Positions 26,701 to 36,303 of a DNA stretch of 40,210 nt are shown here, one piece after another. This DNA is from a virus. Each line of letters opens with the position of its first letter. Within the stretch, counting starts at the first letter, position 1. The notes under the pieces were generated by a model that searched no databases, had not been told where the DNA came from, and worked only from the letters and a program-made list of their open reading frames with translations. Position numbers and translations under genes: made by a program. The DNA is taken from IMG/VR virus record IMGVR_UViG_3300009964_000014, positions 1-40,210 of that record; one strand, 5' to 3'.

Positions 26701-27305
26701 GAAGCCATGCAGGGCAAGAATGCGGACAAAACATAGCTAACGGCTTAAATAGCTCTATAGGAGCTATTACTGGAGCTATGAACAGTATCAATAGCGCAAT
26801 GCAAGGTGTAGCAAGAAGTGGTATCGGTGCAATGGTTAGCATAGGTGCGCAAATAGGAAACGGACTAGCGCAAGGGATGATGAGTGCATTAGGTGCAGTA
26901 ACAGCAGCAGCTAACGCTCTAGTCGCACAAGCAGAGAGAGCAGCAAGAGCAGCAGCGATGATTCACTCACCATCAAGACTATTTGCTAGATTAGGTGTGT
27001 TCGTGCCTGCAGGATTTGCTAAAGGTATTGAAAAAGGTAGTCCAACAGTATTTAAAGCGCTAGGAAACATGGTTGATAGAGCTAGTGGAATGAGTATAGC
27101 TCCAGAGAAAATGTTAAGTCTAGGACGTGGAAGTTTAGGACTAGCAGCAGCAGGAACAACTAACACAGTTAACAACAGCACAGCGAACAATTACAAAGCA
27201 TTATTACACATAGAAAACTTTGAAAATCATTCTAAAGATGATGTAAGAGATTTATATAATCAACTTAAATTCATGATTAGAGAGGAGGGAGATAGACTTG
27301 ATTAA
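23721..27305 (+). CDS. Tape measure protein
   Basis: 1194 aa, Ala/Gly/Ser-rich with periodic SVGSAIKSVLEG-type repeats and hydrophobic central segments. It sits before the Dit and Tal genes. Confidence 0.9.
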   Translation: MAVGKVKIDVDLTGEKAKSGIKGIKDSLEGLKSAGEKTGSLFKSVLGANLVSAGIGKAIGSVTSGVKSMISELNSSSKAWQTFEGNMQMLGKSTNEIQAAKSAMQDYATKTIYSASDMAQTYSQLAAVGIEGTDKLVTGFGGLAAAAENPTQAMKTLSTQAVQMAAKPKVAWQDFKLMLEQTPAGISAVAKEMGMSTSELVQAVQNGTVKTEDFFNAIKKVGNNEYFAKMATEFKSIDQAIDGAKESLANKLQPAFQKLNKFGIKAISGVANALDKINFDGMAEKLGSFLDGIDIDKVINKVVSGISLLTSTIKKMWDAFRDSGALTATVNALKSVGSAIGNVVSALANSGVLSIVARVFGELVKWAARAVNALGKIVSAIPPSVLSALAYGFLAIAGSIKAIKLASKGLDVFKSLKSFNPFKSLGKGATQSLEDLTGKAAGAKNTIENVFTGISKVIDSAGKGIGNAAKGIGTGIKSALSGVPKIVDSLGKGVSTAAKGIGTGLATAFRGLGQAIALVPPQNFLALGAAIALVAAGLALLGTQGEGVAMVFTALGTAISAVITALSGGLTAIISSLGTALTSIITALGTGLQAALQGVATVIIAIGTGIQSALQGVASVVTSLGSAIKSALEGVGAAATGAGNGIRLAFEGIASVVSSVGSAIQSAMQGVGSVIESVGSSIKSVLEGLKSAFEGAGNGIKSVFEGIGTVINSVGSAIKSVLDGIANVIRSVGESAERAGNGFRLFGEGIRNISDVGAWNLAKSLAAVAKGLSEITGKAGEMEALSNAMSSFSNSLNSVNTAAATTGTALQSMVAPIDAIKVAFETIPASIMAASTGLSTFATAALTSLAGLTAMSTQLESFNTSIMSLGLGLTMAVAQFTMFGAAITGMGAALSGVSMMFDTLNMAITAMSMSFTALSASITSTVAQLSGIGTAVSGIGIQITSMAVSVSSAMSTVSSSITSSMQSAVSAVQSACSQIISALSQMASEMSQTGSHAGQECGQNIANGLNSSIGAITGAMNSINSAMQGVARSGIGAMVSIGAQIGNGLAQGMMSALGAVTAAANALVAQAERAARAAAMIHSPSRLFARLGVFVPAGFAKGIEKGSPTVFKALGNMVDRASGMSIAPEKMLSLGRGSLGLAAAGTTNTVNNSTANNYKALLHIENFENHSKDDVRDLYNQLKFMIREEGDRLD

Positions 27306-28098
27306 TAAATATATAACTTACAACGGCGTTTCCTCAAAAGAGGTAGGATTAAGGCTTATCGATGATATAGAGTTAGAATCATCACAGAACAATATAGAAT
27401 TAATCGAGATTGACGGAGTTCACGGCGCAAAGATTCAGAATAAAAAGAATCTTAAATATATTTCAAGAGCTTTTCCCTTTGCCCTTTATCAAGGAGTTAG
27501 TATCGCACTAGATGTTAAGTATAGACCAGATGGCACAAGATACTATGTTAAAAGGCAAGTTACAAGCCCTAAAATTAATCTTGATGAAACTATTAGATTA
27601 ATGAATCAATGGTTAATCAATTCAGAGATGATATGGCAAGACTTAGAGTTTAGCTGGGATAGTGATTATTTATATAAAGCTATATTCTTTGAGACATTTA
27701 ATATCAAAGGCAGTTTAAACGCTAAAAAGAAATGTATTCTAAACTTTAAATTACATCCTATTAAGTATTTAAAAGCAGGTTTACAACCTATTCAGATTAG
27801 AAAAGGGCAGAACTTAGTTAACCCAGAGTTTAGAGAAGCGAAACCACTAATTAAACTTACTGGAACTGGAGATGTGAAGTTAACTATTAATTCACAGATA
27901 TTTAAACTAAAAGGTGTAAGTGGGCATATAATAATCGACTGCGAAACACAATCCGCACATTATCAGAACAAAGAGCCACAGTATGACAAAGTCTATACTT
28001 ATCCTTTCCCAAAATTACAAGTAGGAGATAACGTTATTAATTGGGATAACAACAGCTTTACTTGTGAAATTACACCAAGATGGGAGGCTAACGTTTAA
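27298..28098 (+). CDS. Distal tail protein (Dit, siphovirus tail family)
   Basis: ITYNGVSSKEVGLRLIDD...IDGVHGA matches the Dit N-terminal pattern. Supported by synteny. Confidence 0.75.
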   Translation: MINKYITYNGVSSKEVGLRLIDDIELESSQNNIELIEIDGVHGAKIQNKKNLKYISRAFPFALYQGVSIALDVKYRPDGTRYYVKRQVTSPKINLDETIRLMNQWLINSEMIWQDLEFSWDSDYLYKAIFFETFNIKGSLNAKKKCILNFKLHPIKYLKAGLQPIQIRKGQNLVNPEFREAKPLIKLTGTGDVKLTINSQIFKLKGVSGHIIIDCETQSAHYQNKEPQYDKVYTYPFPKLQVGDNVINWDNNSFTCEITPRWEANV

Positions 28099-30032
28099 TG
28101 GCATATCCTATTTTATATAAAGCAAACGAAACTAATTTTGAACACTTAGGAGTATCAGTTCTTTCTGATGCTTCTAATTGTTTTGTTACAAGAGAACGTA
28201 ACGGGATATATACTCTTGAATTTGACTACAGCATAAACGGAAAAGATGTAGAAAAGATTAAAGAGGGAATGATTATAAAATGTGATGCAGGGCATAGATC
28301 AAAGAATCAAAGATTCATAGTATCGCAAATAACAAAGTCTAAAGACGGTTTCAAAATATACTGTAAACATATCTCACAAGTTAAAACAGCTATGAATGTT
28401 CTTAACGGAGAGGTAGAAGTAGCAGGAACTGCAACCTATGCTCTTGAAACGTGGAAAAACAACCTACTAGATAGCAAGAGCGAGTTTCTTGTATGGTCTG
28501 ATATTCTGACTAGTAGTAAAACTAAATGGACTATTGACAGCATAGAAAACGCAAGAGAAGCGCTAGGAGGTAAAGAAGGCTCTATTCTTGATGTGTGGGG
28601 AGGAGAATATGAATTCGACAACTTATATATTAAGCTACATAAACAAATGGGAAGAGAGACACCAACAATTATTGCTTATGGTAAAAACTTACTAGATATT
28701 GAGCAAGAGCAGAGTATAATAGAAACTTACACATCTATATTCCCTTTTGTTAAGTATCAAGATGAGAACGACACACACAAAGAAAAACAAGATATTATAC
28801 TAACACTTCCAGAAATAGTAGTAGACAGCCCACACGCTAGTAATTTTACACATAGAAGAATCTTAAAAGTAGACTTCTCAAGTGATGATGAGATAAGAAC
28901 GGTTGAAAAGTTAAGAAGTGAAGTTAACAGCTATATTAAAAGTAATAATGTAGGAGTTCCTAAACTTAATTTAAAACTATCTTATCAAGACTTAAGTAAA
29001 GTAAGTAGCGTTTTTGGAAATACTGCTATTGAAATAGTAGACTTATGCGACACATTAAAAGTTTATTATGAAGACTTAGGAATAATGAACGAGAACGCAA
29101 AAGTTATTAAAGTTGTATGGGATGTACTGCTAGAAGAAAATCACGAGCTAGAAATTGGAGATACAAGAAGTAATTTCAATGATACTACAGCCTCTCAATT
29201 TGAAAAACTGGAAAAACAAGCAGATTCACTAGAAGAACAGCTTAACAAACTACTACAAGAGCAAGAAGCTATCTTTATGAAGTATTTCAACGAGAAAAAG
29301 AAAGAAATTGAAGATAGCGCAAAAGAAGGAATCGAAAAAGCTGTAATCAATAGTGAGTTGTTCTCTAAAAAGATTAGAGAAGAGTTTAACACAACTACAG
29401 ACGCATTCAGAGAAGAAGTTAACAAAGCTGTATCAGAGTTTGAAGAAAAATTCAAGTCGATTAACGGAGAAAGTCTTAACAAGTTAAAAAGGCAAATAGA
29501 AGAAACTACACATATTGCAGAAACTACTTTAAAAATGGTTGGAACAGATAATTCTATTACTTATGGTAAAAATAGAGTTGTTGGAGACACAAACAGAGAA
29601 ATACCTGCAGGAACACCATTTATAGTTGTAGAACATAACGGAGATGGTTTCGAAGTTGGTAAAGAGTACACAATAAGCTGGGAAGCTATTTGTACAACTA
29701 ACGACTTTTACGACATTAAGATTAAACTTAGCCGTCCTGCTCCGGATCCGTTAGAAATTTATTTACTTGATGTAAATGGCTTTTATGAGGGCTTGTCAGT
29801 TCAATTCGGAACTGGAGAAATCGAAAAGAATTTACTGCATGTTTATGATGGTTCATATAATTTACAAGTATTGAGTTCATGGTTCAAAAGACAAGACAAA
29901 GAAGTAAAAATCAGAAGTAACGCTCCAGTATTTGCACCTGTAGAATTTAAAGAAATTGCAGACGGCAATCAAAACGACTTTGAGGGACGCTGGAACGAAA
30001 GTCCTAAATATATATTTGATGGAGGTAATTAG
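28098..30032 (+). CDS. Tail-associated lysin-type baseplate protein (Tal / prophage tail endopeptidase family N-domain)
   Basis: MAYPILYKANETNFEHLGVSVLSDA...RERNGIYTLEFDY is the classical Tal N-terminus. The middle section is coiled-coil. Confidence 0.8.
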   Translation: MAYPILYKANETNFEHLGVSVLSDASNCFVTRERNGIYTLEFDYSINGKDVEKIKEGMIIKCDAGHRSKNQRFIVSQITKSKDGFKIYCKHISQVKTAMNVLNGEVEVAGTATYALETWKNNLLDSKSEFLVWSDILTSSKTKWTIDSIENAREALGGKEGSILDVWGGEYEFDNLYIKLHKQMGRETPTIIAYGKNLLDIEQEQSIIETYTSIFPFVKYQDENDTHKEKQDIILTLPEIVVDSPHASNFTHRRILKVDFSSDDEIRTVEKLRSEVNSYIKSNNVGVPKLNLKLSYQDLSKVSSVFGNTAIEIVDLCDTLKVYYEDLGIMNENAKVIKVVWDVLLEENHELEIGDTRSNFNDTTASQFEKLEKQADSLEEQLNKLLQEQEAIFMKYFNEKKKEIEDSAKEGIEKAVINSELFSKKIREEFNTTTDAFREEVNKAVSEFEEKFKSINGESLNKLKRQIEETTHIAETTLKMVGTDNSITYGKNRVVGDTNREIPAGTPFIVVEHNGDGFEVGKEYTISWEAICTTNDFYDIKIKLSRPAPDPLEIYLLDVNGFYEGLSVQFGTGEIEKNLLHVYDGSYNLQVLSSWFKRQDKEVKIRSNAPVFAPVEFKEIADGNQNDFEGRWNESPKYIFDGGN

Positions 30033-30950
30033 ATGGCAGAAACGATACCTATAAGAGTACAACATAAAAGAATGTCATCAAGTGAATGGGAAGAATCCTC
30101 AATTATTTTACTTGATGGAGAAATTGGAATAGAAACAAACACAGGTAAGGCAAAAGTTGGTAACGGCATAAATAGATATAGAGACTTGAAGTATATTGCA
30201 GGAGAAAAGGGAGAAAGAGGAGAAAACGGAACTTTCCAAGCTCTAACATCTCTAGAAAAAGCAAGTTTAAAAGGGGAAAGAGGAGAAAAGGGACAAGACG
30301 GAAGAAACGGAAAAGATGCGATACTAGGGAATTACAATTTAATACTTGATTCACAATTTCTTAGCACTGACATAATCACATCTGGAAACCCTACAATGTC
30401 AATACTGGCTAACGATTATAACGGACATAACGCACTAGACGTTAAAAAAAGCGGCGCAGCTAGCAACACATGGGCGGGAGTACAAATTAATACAACTCAA
30501 ACAATACTTAAAAACGGAGATAAATTAGTATTAAGACTACCAATTTATATATATTCGGATGTTAATTTAGATAGCGGACTATATTTAGCTATCAAAAAAC
30601 ATAGTATCAACAAAACAATAAAAGCTATAAATTTAAGTAACTTGTCAAGAAATCAATGGACTATTTACGAAGAAAAATTTACTATCACAGAAACTTTAGA
30701 CTTTGGAAACGAAACACAATGGTTTTTCTTGTATTTTGTTAAAAATGGACATTTTAAAATCGCAGAGCCTTATATAAGTTTCGGAGATGAAGTGCCAAGC
30801 AAATGGCAGCCTAATTTAGAAAATTTAAAAGGTAGTAACATAATTAATCAGCAAAACGGACAACCTCTTAAATATTGGATAGGATCAGAACAACAATACT
30901 TCAACATACCTACAAAAGACCCTAACACAATTTACGATATAGTGGAGTAA
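30033..30950 (+). CDS. Tail fibre protein with short collagen-like G-X-Y runs
   Basis: The N-terminus RVQHKRMSSSEWEESSIILLDGEIGIETNTGKAKVGNG is fibre/hyaluronidase-type. G-X-Y runs are GEKGERGENG and KGERGEKGQDGRNGKDA. Confidence 0.65.
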   Translation: MAETIPIRVQHKRMSSSEWEESSIILLDGEIGIETNTGKAKVGNGINRYRDLKYIAGEKGERGENGTFQALTSLEKASLKGERGEKGQDGRNGKDAILGNYNLILDSQFLSTDIITSGNPTMSILANDYNGHNALDVKKSGAASNTWAGVQINTTQTILKNGDKLVLRLPIYIYSDVNLDSGLYLAIKKHSINKTIKAINLSNLSRNQWTIYEEKFTITETLDFGNETQWFFLYFVKNGHFKIAEPYISFGDEVPSKWQPNLENLKGSNIINQQNGQPLKYWIGSEQQYFNIPTKDPNTIYDIVE

Positions 30951-30954
30951 CGCC

Positions 30955-31362
30955 ATGAAAAGAGTAAAAATAATCGTAAACAACAAACAAGTAACACGTA
31001 GGTATTTAGGAGATAAATTAATAGGTGTATATTATCCGTTTATAAGAAGTTATAAACAAGGAGAAGCAACAGACCTAGAAGAAAACGAAAAATTTATATA
31101 TATAACAGCGTGGACACCCGGTGAAAGTTTTGAAGATAGTGAATTTAATTTTGAAAGATATGCACCAAAAAAAATAACTATAGGGGAGTTTGCTATATCA
31201 GACGGAGTAATAATAACACAGCGTGAGTCCTACGTTAACGGGTTTAAACTCACTTTCAAAGACTTAGAAAGTAAAAAAAGAATGTTGGAACGTTTAAGGA
31301 AAATAAACGAATACTTAAATTTTTCAGATAAAGAGATAAAAATATACGGAGTGGAGGTGTAG
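30955..31362 (+). CDS. Hypothetical tail-module protein
   Basis: ORF track entry. Confidence 0.45.
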   Translation: MKRVKIIVNNKQVTRRYLGDKLIGVYYPFIRSYKQGEATDLEENEKFIYITAWTPGESFEDSEFNFERYAPKKITIGEFAISDGVIITQRESYVNGFKLTFKDLESKKRMLERLRKINEYLNFSDKEIKIYGVEV

Positions 31363-31365
31363 TAT

Positions 31366-33384
31366 ATGCAAGTAGAAGTTAATACAGGCAAGCAAGAAGC
31401 GAAGTTTAGAAACGGAAAATATGAATATACTTTCACACCAAATAACAAAACCGATAAAGTTAAGTTGTATCATATGGGATGCAACGGAACAACACAACTC
31501 TCACGTATTCAACTAGAACGTGGAGAAGATGTAACAACTTTTGAACGCCCTTACGAAAAAGCTAACTCATTAAGCGGGATATTTAAGCAGCTTAGAGACT
31601 TAGATATAGAAATGAGGGACGAAAATAGCGAGTTCTGGGGGCGTTTAAAACTTAATAACAAAGGACTACTAACAGAGTTTCAAAATAAAGAGCTTAAAAC
31701 ACTCTTAGCAAGCACCGCAGAGGGAGTTAGTACTCAAGTTAAGAAAGAACTAAAAGATAGCGTTACAGAGCAAATAAACAGCACTACAGCTAATTTAGAT
31801 GTTAAGTTTAACCAAATAAACTCAAGCATTCAAACAATAGAATCGGGAGTTTTAAAGAAATCTGAAATAACCATTAATGAAAATGGCATTAGTTTAGGGA
31901 GTGGAAAAGAAATCAACGGTAAAGTTGTTTCTAGCTTATTAACTGCTAGCCCAGATGGAATAAAAGCTATCACAGACCGACTTGTTTTATCCCCAAACTA
32001 TGACAATTTAGTTATATATGACTACAGAAAAAAGGTTGAAGTTACTACTATTAGTAAGGTGGTAACGCCAAAAATAGTTGACGATAATTTAAAAAAAGGA
32101 GACTGTTTCCGTGTTTCTGGAACGTTAACGCAAGAAATAATTTCAAACCTACCGATTCTAGTCCATTTAGTAGTAGAATACGAAGACGGAACAATAACTG
32201 ACGGAGCAGGGGGGTGTGATATTTCTGGTTATAACACTAAAATTAATGATTTTAACGAGGTTATAGAAGTTTACATCACATCCGAAAATCAAGGGAAAAA
32301 AATTAAAGGATATCATCTTCAAATATACCAACGTGAAAGCGTAGCAAGAAAACTAGTAATTACTAATTTTAAAATATACAAGCAACGTGATGCAGAACTA
32401 ATTGTAGATGGTACTATAAAATCAAGACATATTGGCGCAGAAGAAATCAAAGCAGGTAATATAAAAGCTGGAGCTATTGAATCACAACATATTGATGCAT
32501 TAGCTATAGAGGGAAAGCATTTAAGAGTTGATAATGCGATGATTAATAAACTAACGGCAGAAGATGCTTTTATAGACAAATTATTCGCAAGGAATGCTTT
32601 TATAAAAAACTTAAAAGCCGTTAAAATCTCTTCTACTCAATTAGAAACAGATTTTTTACGAGCTTATAAGGGATATATTGGTGGATTCCAAATAGGTAAA
32701 CACGATAAAGACGGTCAAACTGCATGGTGGTTAACTGGTCAGAATCAGTTCTATGTTGGAATGTCTAATGGTAGCGGAACATGGGGGCAAACCGCACTGT
32801 GGGTTAACTGGGGAACTCGATGGGATGAAGTCGGGCCTCGTGCATGGTACGTCAAAGAAAGCGGGGAAATGTACTGCAAGAATACTGCTTATTTTTGGAA
32901 TACGCCAACTGTAATTGGAGATTTAAAAGTAACAGGAAATATCGTTTTTAATGATGGAAAAGGTAACACTGGTAAATGGCTGTATTCTCATAGGTATGAG
33001 AGGATAGAGAATAAAAACGGCTATGTTTATTTCTACTATCCATGGGCAAGTTATGACTGGGTAGAGGCAAATAAAGAAATCTCTGATAGACGTTATAAAC
33101 GAAACATCAAAGAAAGTGAAGTTAACGCCTTAGAAGTACTTAATAAGCTAAACACTTACAGTTATACAAAAGAATACGACGGAGAAGTAAAAGATATATC
33201 TTGTGGGATAATGGCGCAAGAAGTCGAGGAACATCTTCCAGATGCATTTAAACAACTTCCAGACGACATAAAAAGTTATGGAGCATTTGAACTAGTACCT
33301 TATTTAATTAAAGGGATTCAAGAATTGTCTAAAAAGAACGATAAACTAGAAAAAGAAATGGAGATTTTAAAAAATGGAAAATAA
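31366..33384 (+). CDS. Tail fibre/spike with a C-terminal intramolecular chaperone (Peptidase_S74-type)
   Basis: The C-terminal SDRRYKRNI...LNTYSYTKEYDG...GIMAQEVEEHLPDAF matches the auto-cleaving chaperone domain of endosialidase-type fibres. Confidence 0.75.
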   Translation: MQVEVNTGKQEAKFRNGKYEYTFTPNNKTDKVKLYHMGCNGTTQLSRIQLERGEDVTTFERPYEKANSLSGIFKQLRDLDIEMRDENSEFWGRLKLNNKGLLTEFQNKELKTLLASTAEGVSTQVKKELKDSVTEQINSTTANLDVKFNQINSSIQTIESGVLKKSEITINENGISLGSGKEINGKVVSSLLTASPDGIKAITDRLVLSPNYDNLVIYDYRKKVEVTTISKVVTPKIVDDNLKKGDCFRVSGTLTQEIISNLPILVHLVVEYEDGTITDGAGGCDISGYNTKINDFNEVIEVYITSENQGKKIKGYHLQIYQRESVARKLVITNFKIYKQRDAELIVDGTIKSRHIGAEEIKAGNIKAGAIESQHIDALAIEGKHLRVDNAMINKLTAEDAFIDKLFARNAFIKNLKAVKISSTQLETDFLRAYKGYIGGFQIGKHDKDGQTAWWLTGQNQFYVGMSNGSGTWGQTALWVNWGTRWDEVGPRAWYVKESGEMYCKNTAYFWNTPTVIGDLKVTGNIVFNDGKGNTGKWLYSHRYERIENKNGYVYFYYPWASYDWVEANKEISDRRYKRNIKESEVNALEVLNKLNTYSYTKEYDGEVKDISCGIMAQEVEEHLPDAFKQLPDDIKSYGAFELVPYLIKGIQELSKKNDKLEKEMEILKNGK

Positions 33385-33589
33385 CCAAATACAACCGATT
33401 CACATTGTAGCACAGGAATTATCAGAGAAGACAATAGAGTTAGCAACATATAGATTAGCTTACGAGAATGTTAATCAAGAGAACAAAGAACTTAAAAAAG
33501 AAAATGAAGAGCTTAAAGAGTTAAAAGAACTTGTTAACTCTAACGAGCAATTAAAAGTTCTTGTGGAGAAAGTGAAAAATGAGCGATAG
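33374..33589 (+). CDS. Small coiled-coil protein
   Basis: ORF track entry with a KELKKENEELKELKEL repeat. Confidence 0.45.
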   Translation: MENNQIQPIHIVAQELSEKTIELATYRLAYENVNQENKELKKENEELKELKELVNSNEQLKVLVEKVKNER

Positions 33590-33932
33590 TGTTTTAATCG
33601 CTATTATAGGTTGCGCTACTTCTGCAATGACTATGATAGTTAAGCACTATTTAGAACAAGGGAACAACAGCCTGAAAAATATCAATGCTACTTTAAAAGA
33701 GCTTAAAATACTAGTTCAAAAAGCAGCAGACGGAACAAAAACCTTGAGCCGTTATAGATTACTGCAAGATATGAGTAAGTTAATAGAACGTGGATATATC
33801 ACGTTGCAAGAACTACAAGAAATAACAATTCTATACCGTTCTTACAAAGAGTTAGATGGCAACGGCGCAGTAACTGAAATGTTTGAACGCTTTAAAAATT
33901 TACCAGTAAAAAACGATAAAGGAGGTAAATAA
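33579..33932 (+). CDS. Small protein with an N-terminal TM segment
   Basis: VLIAIIGCATSAMTMIV, then a soluble domain containing YKELDGNGA. Confidence 0.45.
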   Translation: MSDSVLIAIIGCATSAMTMIVKHYLEQGNNSLKNINATLKELKILVQKAADGTKTLSRYRLLQDMSKLIERGYITLQELQEITILYRSYKELDGNGAVTEMFERFKNLPVKNDKGGK

Positions 33933-35986
33933 TGATAGAAAAAAAAATACAACTAACATTTAACAGCACAGTAAATAAGAGAATTAAAGTTCGCAGCAAC
34001 TGCGAGCTTTACTCTCACGATAAGAATAATAATGAGTTTGAGTTAACAATAAACAATTACACCTTAACTAACGAAGAAATAACAGTACTGTTCAAGTTTG
34101 TTAAGTCAATAAAATATTGGGAAACACAAGGAAGAATTGAAGACAACAAGATTAAGTTTAAGTTTGACACTAGTTTAATAACAGACAATGAAAGAGTTAA
34201 CTGCTACATCATTCTGAAAAATGAAGAGAAAGAAAGTGATATTTACTCATTTAGCTTTGATGTGAAGATGTCAGAGTACGACTTAAAAGACAGCTTACCT
34301 GTTAAAGAGAGATACTTTGCTAATAGTGTAGTTGTTGACAAGTTAGACGTGCTAACAAAAGAAGTATTAGCAGAGGAGCTAGAAAAAGCTAAAAGCACTT
34401 TTACTTTAAAAACTGACTTATCAGAGTTTGTAAGAACTAGCGATATTTCAGACGTTGTAAGAACTGCAACACTTAATGATTATCAACTAAAAAGCGAGAT
34501 GCCAAACGTAGTAGAAATAGTTAACAACACAATAGATAGTAAGGGATTCTTAACAACACATCAAAGTTTAGTTGACTATGCTAAAAAGTCTGAACTACCT
34601 ATAGACTATGTTTCTAATAGCAAATTAGAAGAGTTAAAAACACAGCTAACAATAGATACTAGCAACTTTGCAACAAAGCAAGAATTACAAGCAATAAGTG
34701 GTAGTCAACAAATAGTTGACACTAGCAATTTAGTTACTAAAGATGAATTAAATAGCAAGAATTATTTAACACAACATCAAGATATTAGCAATCTTGCAAC
34801 TAAACAAGAATTACAAGAAGTTAGCAACCGTCAAGTTACAGTTGACACTTCAAATCTTGTAACAAAAGATGAGTTAGCAAGCAAAGGTTATTTAACACAA
34901 CATCAATCTTTAGAAGAGTATGCTAAAAAAACTGAACTACCGCAACCATACAATGACACTGATATTAAAAGCAGGTTAACAACGTTAGAGAATAGACCTG
35001 CAGGAAACATTGATACTAGTAATTTAGTGGCAAGAGGTGATTTAACATCACTTGAATTAAGGTTAAATAGGAAGGTAAATGGAGAAGGTGGTATATTCAC
35101 AAACACCGAGTTTAAAGAACCTTTTCAATATTTTCTAGATACACACACAGGAAATATGCAAAATTACTATGGAAGAATTTACAGTAACAATAACGAAAGA
35201 ATAATCATTAGTGGTAGTAAAAAATATACAAACTTAGATACAGCTATGTACACATTAGCTACTTCGCTTCCAGATGGTTATACACCTGACTTTGAATTTT
35301 CAGAAGGAGATAACCTTAAATTCATAACAACACAAAATATACATAATTATATACCAACAAATTCTGGTAACACAGGTAACACAACTGAACTAGATAACCG
35401 ATTGAAAGTATTAGAAGCGAAACAGTGGGAAATACACGGTCGTGGAATGCCAAATGGCGTTGTAACTGCACCTGTTGGAACGACATACGTTGACGAGGCA
35501 GTAACAAACGGAGCTTTGAAATGGATTAAAAAGAGTGGAACAGGTAACACAGGTTGGGAAGTTCTAATCGGAGACACAGGTTGGAAAATAATTCCGTCTG
35601 TTTCAAAATTAGGAAACTCATTTGTTAAAGTAAGACGTGTTAACAATGTTATATCTTATCAGTTCGGTGGCTTAAGCTGGGGTTGGTTCGGTATCGTTAG
35701 AAGAGGTGGAGCCGGATATGTTTTACAAGGATCTGATAGAGAACGAAATTGTTATATTATTCAAAATGGTGGGATTCCAATAGGATATAGAGCTGAAGCT
35801 TCACTTATTGGGAATATATATAATGATAAAGGCGTTTCTTATGGAACATGGTATTTAGGGGGAAATGGAGATTACAATCAGTTGAGATTTCAATTTACAG
35901 ACCCTGTACCAACAGACAGAGACATCGGAGATATACGAATAAGTTCTATCTCTTATTTAACAAGCGACCCGTGGCCGCAGAACTAG
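33932..35986 (+). CDS. Receptor-binding / tail fibre protein with a repeated 21-aa shaft module
   Basis: DTSNL(V/A)TK.EL repeats. The C-terminal GMPNGVVTAPVGTTYVDEAVTNGALKWIKKSGTGNTGWEVL.GDTGW is a recurrent siphophage RBP head motif. Confidence 0.7.
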   Translation: MIEKKIQLTFNSTVNKRIKVRSNCELYSHDKNNNEFELTINNYTLTNEEITVLFKFVKSIKYWETQGRIEDNKIKFKFDTSLITDNERVNCYIILKNEEKESDIYSFSFDVKMSEYDLKDSLPVKERYFANSVVVDKLDVLTKEVLAEELEKAKSTFTLKTDLSEFVRTSDISDVVRTATLNDYQLKSEMPNVVEIVNNTIDSKGFLTTHQSLVDYAKKSELPIDYVSNSKLEELKTQLTIDTSNFATKQELQAISGSQQIVDTSNLVTKDELNSKNYLTQHQDISNLATKQELQEVSNRQVTVDTSNLVTKDELASKGYLTQHQSLEEYAKKTELPQPYNDTDIKSRLTTLENRPAGNIDTSNLVARGDLTSLELRLNRKVNGEGGIFTNTEFKEPFQYFLDTHTGNMQNYYGRIYSNNNERIIISGSKKYTNLDTAMYTLATSLPDGYTPDFEFSEGDNLKFITTQNIHNYIPTNSGNTGNTTELDNRLKVLEAKQWEIHGRGMPNGVVTAPVGTTYVDEAVTNGALKWIKKSGTGNTGWEVLIGDTGWKIIPSVSKLGNSFVKVRRVNNVISYQFGGLSWGWFGIVRRGGAGYVLQGSDRERNCYIIQNGGIPIGYRAEASLIGNIYNDKGVSYGTWYLGGNGDYNQLRFQFTDPVPTDRDIGDIRISSISYLTSDPWPQN
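34655..34906 (+). repeat. Two tandem 126-bp (42-aa) units inside the fibre gene
   Basis: Unit 34655..34780 and unit 34781..34906 each encode [D.SN.ATKQELQ..S..Q..V][DTSNLVTKDEL.SK.YLTQHQ]. Related half-units lie upstream and downstream. Confidence 0.8.
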
Positions 35987-36003
35987 GAAAGGAGGTGAAA
36001 ACT

Positions 36004-36261
36004 ATGATAAATTGGAAAGTTAGATTTAAAAACAAACGCTTTGTATTAGCGTTCATAGCAGCGTTATTGTTACTTATTAAACAAGTTGCAATGTTGCTAG
36101 GTTATAATCTTAATACTGAACTATTCAACAATAACATTAACGGAATTGTTGACACAGTATTTCTTATGTTAGGTCTACTAGGAATAGTTAACGACCCAAC
36201 AACAAAAGGCTTTTCTGACAGCGAACAAGCCTTGACATACGACAAGCCAAAACAAGACTAA
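36004..36261 (+). CDS. Holin (phiLC3 family)
   Basis: MINWKVRFKNKRFVLAFIAALLLLIKQV...GIVNDPTTKGFSDSEQAL is the family signature. AAGGAGG RBS before ATG 36004. The track extension to 35848 overlaps the fibre gene and is rejected. Confidence 0.85.
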   Translation: MINWKVRFKNKRFVLAFIAALLLLIKQVAMLLGYNLNTELFNNNINGIVDTVFLMLGLLGIVNDPTTKGFSDSEQALTYDKPKQD

Positions 36262-36303
36262 TGATAGTCTTTTTATTTTATTCAAATTTAGGAGGATTTT
36301 AAA

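Noticed and set aside
30033-30950. Diversity-generating retroelement targeting the fibre with an Mtd-like N-terminus
   Set aside because: No reverse transcriptase gene exists anywhere in the window, and I could see no template/variable repeat pair near the 3' end of this or the neighbouring fibre genes.
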